Program-made: the position numbers and the translations under genes
Notes under the pieces: model-generated
The model's database searches: none
What the model saw: only the letters and a program-made list of their open reading frames with translations
Told to the model about the DNA's origin: nothing
DNA from: Candidatus Latescibacterota bacterium
Lineage (GTDB): Bacteria > Latescibacterota > UBA2968 > UBA8231
Direction of reading: 5' to 3'
Assembly: GCA_965204725.1 (NCBI GenBank)
Contig: OZ242005.1
Coordinates: 2,048,001-2,112,000 of the forward strand
DNA: 64,000 bases
In this document: positions 56,975-64,000 of the stretch, piece after piece
Position numbering within the stretch: position 1 is the first letter of the stretch
How the letters are laid out: each line of letters begins with the position of its first letter

Positions 56975-58345
56975 ATGGCCCAATACGACGGCAAAATCCT
57001 CATGATCGACGACGAGCAAGCCCTGCTCAAGCTGTCGAGCAGCATCTTGCGGCGCGAAGGCTTCGCCGTGGAGACCCGCTCGGACGCCCGCGAGGCCCTC
57101 GCGCTCCTACAAGACGAATCCTTTGACATCATCCTGCTCGACTTGCGTATGCCCGAGATGAGCGGCCTCGATTTTCTGCGGCACTTCAACGTGCGCGCGC
57201 GGCCCGAGGAAGTGCTCATCCTAACGGCGCATGCCGATGTCCAAAGCGCGGTAGAAACCGTCAAGCTGGGGGCTTATGGGTATCTCGCCAAGCCCTTTAA
57301 CGCCGAAGAGATTCTCAACCACATCAGCAAGATCCGCGAGTTGCAAAAGCTGCGGGCCGAGAACGAGCGGCTGCGCCAAGCGCAGGGCGCGGGATTGGGC
57401 ATGGTCGGCGAGACCGAGCCGATGCGGCACATCTACCGAATGGTCCAAGACGTGGCCTCCACACCCCTGCCCGTGCTTATCTGCGGCGAGAGCGGCACCG
57501 GCAAGGAGCTCGTGGCCGCGGCCATTCACCGCGCCAGCGACCGCGCCGCCCGCCCGTTTGTGCGCTGCAACTGCGCGGCCCTAAACCCAGGCGTCCTAGA
57601 GAGCGAATTGTTCGGGCACGTAAAAGGTGCTTTTACCAGCGCGGTGCGCGACCGCAAGGGGCGCTTTATGGAGGCCAACGGCGGCACCTTGTTCCTCGAC
57701 GAAATCGGCGACATGGAGGTGGGGTTGCAAACTCGGCTGTTGCGCGTGTTGCAGGAAGGGGAGTTCGAGCAGGTCGGCTCGACGCAGACGCACCAAGTGG
57801 ATGTGCGCGTGCTTTCGGCTACCAACCAAAACCTCAACCGGGCCATGGCCAGCGGCAAATTCCGCGAGGATTTATTCTACCGCCTCAACGCGGTCACCAT
57901 TGAGGTGCCGCCGCTGCGCCAGCGCAAGGCCGACATTCCCTTGTTGTGTCAGGCTTTTATCGACAAGATGAGCGAGCGGCTCAACACACAGGTGCAGCGA
58001 GTGGGCGCACAGGCGTTGGCGCGGCTGGAGAGCCACGACTGGCCCGGCAATGTGCGCGAACTGGAAAACGCCATTTTGCGCGCGATGGCTTTGGCCAAAG
58101 GCGAGGAAATTGCGCTGGCCGACCTGCCGGCCAATGTCACAGAACGCATTGCGGAAGAGACGCCCGAAGAAGAGGCCCTTTTCCACGACGCCCGCGAGCA
58201 ATTTGAGGAACAGTTTATACGCAATGCCCTCGCAGCAACCCGCGGCAACATCAGCCAAGCGGCCGAGCGCATCCAGCTCGGGCGGCGCAACTTACAGCGC
58301 AAGATCAAGCAGTTCGACATCGACGTGAGCCAATACAGCCGCTAG
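56975..58345 (+). CDS. Sigma54-dependent NtrC-family response regulator
   Basis: Receiver IDDE/LLD/KP; GESGTGKE, ESELFGHVKGAFTSA, LFLDEIG, WPGNVRELEN; Fis-type HTH. Confidence 0.95.
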   Translation: MAQYDGKILMIDDEQALLKLSSSILRREGFAVETRSDAREALALLQDESFDIILLDLRMPEMSGLDFLRHFNVRARPEEVLILTAHADVQSAVETVKLGAYGYLAKPFNAEEILNHISKIRELQKLRAENERLRQAQGAGLGMVGETEPMRHIYRMVQDVASTPLPVLICGESGTGKELVAAAIHRASDRAARPFVRCNCAALNPGVLESELFGHVKGAFTSAVRDRKGRFMEANGGTLFLDEIGDMEVGLQTRLLRVLQEGEFEQVGSTQTHQVDVRVLSATNQNLNRAMASGKFREDLFYRLNAVTIEVPPLRQRKADIPLLCQAFIDKMSERLNTQVQRVGAQALARLESHDWPGNVRELENAILRAMALAKGEEIALADLPANVTERIAEETPEEEALFHDAREQFEEQFIRNALAATRGNISQAAERIQLGRRNLQRKIKQFDIDVSQYSR

Positions 58346-58382
58346 CTTGCAAACTTACCTTTCCACCGAATAGGAGAAGGCA

Positions 58383-58580
58383 ATGTTGGAAATCCACAAG
58401 TCCTACATCCTCGACGAAAACCAAATCCCCATAGCCGTGCAGATTCCACTGGCGGAATTTGAGCGTCTCGAAGAAGCCATTGAAAATTATGGCCTCGCCC
58501 AACTAATAAATGAAGTACAAGACGAAGAACGTCTTACAGGCGAAGACGCCTATAATCACTATACGTCGCTAAAAAGCTGA
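58383..58580 (+). CDS. Small antitoxin-like protein, no toxin gene following
   Basis: 65 aa, acidic, YILDEN..IAVQIP..EFERLEE pattern of Phd-like antitoxins; RBS AGGAG/AAGG. Confidence 0.55.
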   Translation: MLEIHKSYILDENQIPIAVQIPLAEFERLEEAIENYGLAQLINEVQDEERLTGEDAYNHYTSLKS

Positions 58581-58655
58581 TTTCCTTAGCAGTCTCTCCC
58601 ATGGCGCAGACATTCTCGTCTGCGATGTACCGCTCTCCACATCAACGCACCCCAA

Positions 58656-58697
58656 CTGTCCGCTGGCGAACACCTGCTGTCCGCTGGCGTACACCTT
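58656..58697. promoter_or_regulatory. 21-bp tandem repeat with two TGT-N10-ACA palindromes (enhancer-like)
   Basis: CTGTCCGCTGGCGAACACCTG / CTGTCCGCTGGCGTACACCTT. Confidence 0.6.
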
Positions 58698-58710
58698 TTT
58701 GGCCATGCCT

Positions 58711-58748
58711 TGCGATAATTCGACGCACTTGTGCGATGTATTGTCGCA
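58711..58748. promoter_or_regulatory. Two TGCG-N9-CGCA palindromes 21 bp apart (NtrC-type UAS-like)
   Basis: TGCGATAATTCGACGCA (58711-58727) and TGCGATGTATTGTCGCA (58732-58748). Confidence 0.65.
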
Positions 58749-58794
58749 CTTTTAGGCCGTCAAAAGGGCTACGCAAAGGGCCTGAGAGACGAAT

Positions 58795-58862
58795 GAAAAA
58801 TTTTGTTTAATTTTTATAACGTATTGTTTAACAGATATTTAGAGCTAAAAAATCAAAAAAAT
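58795..58862. promoter_or_regulatory. AT-rich bend region with IHF-like site
   Basis: Very AT-rich; minus strand AAACAATACGTTA (58829-58817) is one mismatch from WATCAANNNNTTR; lies between the UAS and the -24/-12. Confidence 0.5.
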
Positions 58863-58892
58863 CGGCGCGATTGATGGCTGTTGGGACGCTCA

Positions 58893-58909
58893 TTGGCACG
58901 ATTGTTGCA
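58893..58909 (+). promoter_or_regulatory. Sigma54 (-24/-12) promoter
   Basis: TTGGCACGATTGTTGCA matches TGGCAC-N5-TTGCA exactly. Confidence 0.88.
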
Positions 58910-58958
58910 TCAATACATACCGAAGCAACAACCCGCACTCTTCCACAAGGAGGGCATC

Positions 58959-59756
58959 ATGCAACGCTTAGCCATTCGCATCCTGTGCGTCACCCTGACC
59001 GCCGTCTCCAGCACCGCGGCCGTCCAGACCAAATACCCGCACGGCGGCTTTGAGCCTCGCCTCGACAAACTCCAAGGCTTGCTGGACTACATCCACACTG
59101 TGGAGATGATCGAGGTCAAAGCTGGCCCCACGTTGTGGCAGGCCATCGAGGCCATTCCCGTCGCGGCAGGCGTCCCCATCACGCCCGTGCAAGAAGCCGA
59201 CCTGCGCGCTTGGCTCTACGATTTTCTCGTCGCCTTTTCCGGCTCTGGCAACGACAGCCTCGCCGCCCAGTTCTACCTCCGCGAGGGCGTCAACAACCCC
59301 ACGGCCTTGAAGCATATAAAAGAGACCCTAGAGCATTGGGGCGTCCGCAAAGGCGACACGCCCTTTGACCTCTTTCAAGCCATGCACCGCGCCATCCTCG
59401 ACGATCAAGGCAGCGAATACCGCTTTGGCCATGCCTTCTTTCGCCACAGCACCTTCAAGGTGTTTGAGATGCAGGACCGCTACGAGCACTATCGGTCGTA
59501 TCCGCGCAACGTCGTCAAGGCCAAGTTCAAATTGCAGCAAGAGGTGGAAGCGGCACTGCAAGCCGGCGAGAAGCGGGTCTTCACCGACATCGCGTTTGTC
59601 ACCGAAGAGTCAGCCGGGTTCGTTGGGGCGGAAGAGCCGGTCTGCACTCCCTTCTTCTGTCGGCTAGTCTGGGATCCAGAGCGGGCGATGTGGCGCTTTG
59701 TCGAGGTCTTCTACACCTCCAAGCGACCCAATCCTTTTCTCTTCTCGGCCATGTAA
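58959..59756 (+). CDS. Hypothetical exported protein
   Basis: AAGGAGG RBS; signal-like N-terminus MQRLAIRILCVTLTAVSSTAA; family not recognised. Confidence 0.75.
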   Translation: MQRLAIRILCVTLTAVSSTAAVQTKYPHGGFEPRLDKLQGLLDYIHTVEMIEVKAGPTLWQAIEAIPVAAGVPITPVQEADLRAWLYDFLVAFSGSGNDSLAAQFYLREGVNNPTALKHIKETLEHWGVRKGDTPFDLFQAMHRAILDDQGSEYRFGHAFFRHSTFKVFEMQDRYEHYRSYPRNVVKAKFKLQQEVEAALQAGEKRVFTDIAFVTEESAGFVGAEEPVCTPFFCRLVWDPERAMWRFVEVFYTSKRPNPFLFSAM

Positions 59757-59763
59757 TCAACAC

Positions 59764-59805
59764 AATAGAAGCGGGCAGCTTAAAGACAGGCTGTCCGCTT
59801 CTATT
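59764..59805 (+). terminator. Strong hairpin after the exported-protein gene
   Basis: AATAGAAGCGGGCAGCTT-AAAGAC-AGGCTGTCCGCTTCTATT, 18-bp stem with two G-U pairs; second small hairpin CCCTGCCG/CGGCAGGG follows. Confidence 0.65.
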
Positions 59806-60002
59806 TACACCCCTGCCGCCCGGCAGGGCGTCGGCTATCTGGTCTGCAACTCCTCGCCCCCGACTGCATCTCTAGCGAAAACCCACCGTCCGTTCCGCAT
59901 CAATCACAGCGTCAGACCTTGCCTCTCTCAAAAACCATAGGCACACTAATAGCAAACAATGGCAGCAAAGACTACTCGCTGTAACTCCCAAAGGAGTCTG
60001 CC

Positions 60003-61559
60003 GTGATCGCCATCGTGTTCAAAAGAGAGCTGCTCTCGCACCTGCTCAGTCGGCAATTTGCCATCTGCACCGCCTTGGCCGTGCTACTGATGAGCACCAA
60101 CGGCTTGGTCACTAGCCAGAGTTGGTCTTTGAAAAAGGCCAGTTACCAAGCCAAAAAGGCCGTCGAAATCCAAAAGTCACGCGACATTACTTATTATGGT
60201 GCGTTGGCCGCCGACACCGACCGGTCGAGTCGGGTCGGGAGATACAAGAAGCGAGTCGCCCCTCGCGCCTTGCGGGCACCGCGCCCCTTAGAGCTGTTTG
60301 CCCAAGGCGACGAAGCCCGCCTAGGGCAAGCCGTGCCGGTACTGCTTTTTGAAGTACCTCACATCGTCGAGCAAGTCGATCCCTTCAACTCGGACAACCA
60401 CTTTCTATCCCTCTTCAGTACCTACGACATGGTCTATGTCTTTCAACTCGTGTTGGGGCTGTTGGCCATCCTCATGGCCAGCGAGACCATCTCTAGAGAA
60501 AAGGAAGACGGCACCCTACGGCTGACCCTGACGACTAATGTCAGCCGCGCCCAACTCCTCGCCGGCAAGCTCTTGGGCGGGGTGACGATGCTGGCCATTC
60601 CCACAGCCTTGGGCTTTATCGTCCTCATGATCATCCTCTTGGGCACGGACGGCGCGGACGTGGGCCTCGCCGAATGGTGGGGTATGGGCGTCCTCTTCCT
60701 GCTCTCGCTTTTGTATCTGACGGTGCTCTACTTAATCGGTTTGGTGGTCTCGTGCGCCACGGACCGCTCGGCGACCAGCTTGGTGTGCGCGCTTTTTGTG
60801 TGGGCCTTGCTGGTCATCGTGCTACCCAACAGTATCGCCGCTCTGCTCAACGAGCGAGCCAACATGAGCGAGAAAAACGACCAAGCCGATGTTCGAGCGG
60901 CCCAAGTGTGGGACGAGTTGGAACAAGCCCTGCAAGATCTGGTGCGTACCTACGGCCAGCGGAGATACCCGCCCGTCAATCTGGTCGAGCAAGTCCAGCC
61001 GACCGATCTATCCATTGGCAAGGGCATGTTCTACAATGGCGGATCAAAGCCCGAACTATATATAAACAGCATCGCCGACACGCCTCAATTAGCCACCTTC
61101 CAAGACATCATCCGCACCGGCGAGCGGCTGCGCCTGCAATACGCCCAACGCGCATGGAATGCCCAAGTATCCCTTGTTGAAACCTTCCCGCGCCGCTTAA
61201 AACGCCAAAATGCCCAACTCCAACGCCTCTTCCCAGCCGGGGCTTACGCCCAAGCCGCCAGTGCCATCGCCGGCACCAGCCAAGAGGAATTCTACGGCTT
61301 TATTGATCAGGTGCGCGACTATCGCCGCCAGATCCTCAAGTACTTCAAAGACCGCGATGCCTTTGGCAGCCGCACGTACTTCAACGACGACTCAGGATGG
61401 GAAGCTGACCTCGGCGACATGCCCTACTTCCAAGAGCGACAGGCCACTTCCTATCAGCGTTTGCGCCAGAGCTTGCCAGCCCTCGCTGTCCTGCTGCTGT
61501 ATGCCGCCGGTCTGTTTGTGCTTGCTAATCGCCTGTTTGCCCGTTACAACGCCACCTAA
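60003..61559 (+). CDS. ABC-2-type transporter permease with large extracytoplasmic loops
   Basis: IVFKREL, ISREKEDGTLRL..T..VSRAQLLAGKLLG; multiple TM helices. Confidence 0.85.
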   Translation: MIAIVFKRELLSHLLSRQFAICTALAVLLMSTNGLVTSQSWSLKKASYQAKKAVEIQKSRDITYYGALAADTDRSSRVGRYKKRVAPRALRAPRPLELFAQGDEARLGQAVPVLLFEVPHIVEQVDPFNSDNHFLSLFSTYDMVYVFQLVLGLLAILMASETISREKEDGTLRLTLTTNVSRAQLLAGKLLGGVTMLAIPTALGFIVLMIILLGTDGADVGLAEWWGMGVLFLLSLLYLTVLYLIGLVVSCATDRSATSLVCALFVWALLVIVLPNSIAALLNERANMSEKNDQADVRAAQVWDELEQALQDLVRTYGQRRYPPVNLVEQVQPTDLSIGKGMFYNGGSKPELYINSIADTPQLATFQDIIRTGERLRLQYAQRAWNAQVSLVETFPRRLKRQNAQLQRLFPAGAYAQAASAIAGTSQEEFYGFIDQVRDYRRQILKYFKDRDAFGSRTYFNDDSGWEADLGDMPYFQERQATSYQRLRQSLPALAVLLLYAAGLFVLANRLFARYNAT

Positions 61560-62483
61560 GAAGCCTTTTTAAAACTCCTTTTTTGCTTGGATTTGACGTA
61601 GGCGTACTCACCGCACCCCTTCAGGTTTCGCCTAAGAACCCTGAACGAAAGGTCTCCGATGAGTACGCCATATCAATATCCGACCGACCTAACAGACGCG
61701 CAATGGCAGCGGCTGTCTCCCTTCTTGCCCTCGCGTCGTTGGCGTCGTGGGGGTCCGGGTCGTCCGCCCCGGACTCTACGTTTGGTGCTCAATGGGATCC
61801 TCTATCGGGCTAAAACCGGCTGTCCGTGGCCGATGCTGCCGCCGACGTTTGGGCCGTGGCAAACAGTGTATGGATACTTCAATCGCTGGCGGCGAGACGG
61901 GCACTGGCCCCGGATACTGGACGCCTTGACCCGCCAACAGCGCACCCAACAAGGCCGCCGGCCAACCCCGTCGGCCGGCGGCATCGACGCCCAGAGTGTT
62001 AAGACCGCAACCCAAGGCCGAGCCATCGGCTACGACGCCGGGAAACGGGTCAAAGGACGCAAACGCCACCTGTTAGTCGATAGCCAAGGATCGATCCTGC
62101 AATGTAAGGTCACCGCCGCCGATGTCTCCGACGCCGACGGCCTAAAGGCCCTGTTGAGGGACTATTTCTCCGCCGGCGTCCAACGGCTGAGAAGAGTATG
62201 GGTCGATGCCGGTTACCGAGGGGAGGCGCTCAACGCATGGGTCGCCAACTTAAAACAAACCTATAAAATCCGATTGGACGTCCGTGAAAAACCACGTCCA
62301 GGCTTTACCCTACTCAAGCGCCGATGGGTCGTCGAACGAACCTTTGCTTGGTTGGGTAACTATCGTATCCACGCCAAAGACTATGAAACCTTAACCGACA
62401 ATAGCCAAGCCTTTATACATATCGTTATGATCCATCTGTTGCTCAAGCGAAAAAACAAAGAAAAAGAGTTTTAAAAAGGCTTC
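61560..62483 (+). mobile_element. IS5-family insertion sequence (IS1031-like), 924 bp, apparently intact
   Basis: Perfect 18-bp TIR GAAGCCTTTTTAAAACTC / GAGTTTTAAAAAGGCTTC; TAA duplication at 61557-61559 and 62484-62486. Confidence 0.95.
61659..62474 (+). CDS. IS5-family DDE transposase
   Basis: YPTDLTDAQW, GCPW..LP..FGPWQTVY, IDAQSVK, KGRKRHLLVD, VDAGY, RWVVERTFAWL. Confidence 0.95.
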   Translation: MSTPYQYPTDLTDAQWQRLSPFLPSRRWRRGGPGRPPRTLRLVLNGILYRAKTGCPWPMLPPTFGPWQTVYGYFNRWRRDGHWPRILDALTRQQRTQQGRRPTPSAGGIDAQSVKTATQGRAIGYDAGKRVKGRKRHLLVDSQGSILQCKVTAADVSDADGLKALLRDYFSAGVQRLRRVWVDAGYRGEALNAWVANLKQTYKIRLDVREKPRPGFTLLKRRWVVERTFAWLGNYRIHAKDYETLTDNSQAFIHIVMIHLLLKRKNKEKEF

Positions 62484-62497
62484 TAAAGAAAAATGCC

Positions 62498-63958
62498 ATG
62501 TTGACCGCCATTGTAAAACGCGAATGCCTCGATCATCTCTTTAGCTTGCGCTTCAGTTTCGCCTTAGTACTGGTGATGGGGCTGATGGTGCTCAACGCCC
62601 TCAGCTTTGCTGGCGGCACCTATCCGTACAAGCGCGACCGCTACCTCGAAAGGGTGCAAGCCCAGCGAGAGACCCTACGCGCCGACGCCGCTAGGTTGTG
62701 GCAACTCGCTGTCAGGGGGCCGGGCGATCTTCACAAAAAGCCCAGCCAACTGATGTTTTGCGCGGCCGAGGCCGACCATGCTTTGCCCAACCGCGTCGGG
62801 GCGTACAACACGGTAGAGGCTACATACCAAATCAAAATCTATGGTATGTGGGTTCTCTCCTTCTTAATTTCTCACTCCTTCCAAGATTCGCTGAGGCGCA
62901 CTGCTCAGCAACTCTTATCGGTCCAAGCCATTGACTGGGTTTTCATAATCGGCATCGTCCTCAGCTTGGTGGCCCTGCTGTTTACCTTTGAAGCCATCGT
63001 CGGCGAAAAAGAGCGCGGCACCCTCAAACTGGTCATGGCCCAAAGCCTGCCGCGCCACACCTTGCTGCTAGGCAAGTTCTTAGGGGCTATGCTCGTTCTA
63101 ACTTTGGTGATGGTCTTGGGCATGGTCGTCAACTTGCTGCTCGTGCTATCGCTTTCCGAAGCGAATTTGGGCGCAGATGAGACCGTGAGGTTGGTCGGAA
63201 TGGTGGGATTAGCCCTGCTCTATTTGAGCATCTTTGTGTCACTGGGGCTGTGGATATCCGCCCGCAGTAGCAGTGCCCGCGCCAGCTTGGTGAGCGTCCT
63301 CCTGCTGTGGACCTGCATTACCCTAATCTGGCCGCAAACCGGCGGCGTTTTGGCAGCCCGTCTGTTGCAAAACAAAAATCAGAGTGCGACGCCGGTGACC
63401 TATAAAAAGGACAAAATGGTGATGGAGTCGCCGACCTCAACTAAAATGCACCTTCTCGCAGCCAAGTTGACCAGACGCAATCTGAAAAATCCCGCAAAGG
63501 TACAGCCACTTGCCGAGGCCATCCGCGCCGACCGCCGCGCCGTCCAACAAATCGAGGACAGCATACTGGCCGATCAACTCAACCAAGCTGAATTCGCCCG
63601 CAACCTCGTGCGTCTGTCGCCAATGGGCTGCTTCCAGTACAGCATGGAAGCCTTCGCTGGCACTGGACTAGCACGTCACAAAAGTTTTATCGAACAGGTA
63701 CGTACCTATGCCCAGCTTTACGAGCAGACTATCATCGCCCTCGACCGCGAAGACCCCAAAAGCATGCACTTATTCCCGGTTCCCCAAGCCATGTCCAAGC
63801 GCGAAGTCTCCGTCGAGAGCCTCCCCGTCTTCCGCGAAGACCTGTCGGCGGCCACCTGCATCGGCCAAGCCCGCGTCGATGTCATCGGCCTGTACTTTTT
63901 GGCGGTCATCACTTATCTCATCGCTTATAGGGCGTGGCTGCGCAGTAGCGTGATCTAA
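62498..63958 (+). CDS. ABC-2-type transporter permease, paralog of 60003..61559
   Basis: IVKRECLD, IVGEKERGTLKLVMAQSLPRHTLLLGKFLG; multiple TM helices. Confidence 0.85.
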   Translation: MLTAIVKRECLDHLFSLRFSFALVLVMGLMVLNALSFAGGTYPYKRDRYLERVQAQRETLRADAARLWQLAVRGPGDLHKKPSQLMFCAAEADHALPNRVGAYNTVEATYQIKIYGMWVLSFLISHSFQDSLRRTAQQLLSVQAIDWVFIIGIVLSLVALLFTFEAIVGEKERGTLKLVMAQSLPRHTLLLGKFLGAMLVLTLVMVLGMVVNLLLVLSLSEANLGADETVRLVGMVGLALLYLSIFVSLGLWISARSSSARASLVSVLLLWTCITLIWPQTGGVLAARLLQNKNQSATPVTYKKDKMVMESPTSTKMHLLAAKLTRRNLKNPAKVQPLAEAIRADRRAVQQIEDSILADQLNQAEFARNLVRLSPMGCFQYSMEAFAGTGLARHKSFIEQVRTYAQLYEQTIIALDREDPKSMHLFPVPQAMSKREVSVESLPVFREDLSAATCIGQARVDVIGLYFLAVITYLIAYRAWLRSSVI

Positions 63959-64000
63959 GAGGCAACCACCAACCTATTGCAGAAGCGATTCGCCAGTTCA

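Noticed and set aside
58656-58748. CRISPR mini-array
   Set aside because: Units are directly tandem with no unique spacers, only two copies each, and no cas genes; better explained as activator sites

Overview
GC-rich bacterial chromosomal segment, mostly housekeeping and metabolic genes: pyrC 3' end, an rnhB-yraN fusion, hrcA-grpE-dnaJ-mrp-prmA-aroQ (no dnaK), glnA, hemC, cobA/hemD, an NAD-linked selenocysteine formate dehydrogenase with an in-frame UGA and SECIS, fumarase, a sulfatase, fdhD, cca, PBP1A, lpdA and rnhA. Accessory DNA is interspersed: several toxin-antitoxin modules, REP-like palindromes, an IS5-type MITE and an intact IS5 element. The best candidate for an undescribed system is a tightly coupled six-gene minus-strand operon at about 32.0-41.5 kb. 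It encodes a Upf1/DNA2-like SF1 helicase, an unknown 367-aa protein, a possible degenerate-PLD/coiled-coil protein, and a TerY-P triad (vWA, PP2C phosphatase, Ser/Thr kinase). An XPB-Bax1(DUF790) pair and a Panacea-like/DUF2335 pair lie next to it, so the region looks like a defence hotspot. The right end carries a sigma54 circuit: a small membrane peptide, a sensor kinase, an NtrC-type activator, two phased pairs of enhancer-like palindromes, an IHF-like site and a perfect -24/-12 promoter. This drives an unknown exported protein and ABC-2-type permeases. No tRNA, rRNA or CRISPR array was seen. All calls come from reading motifs by eye; no searches were run.
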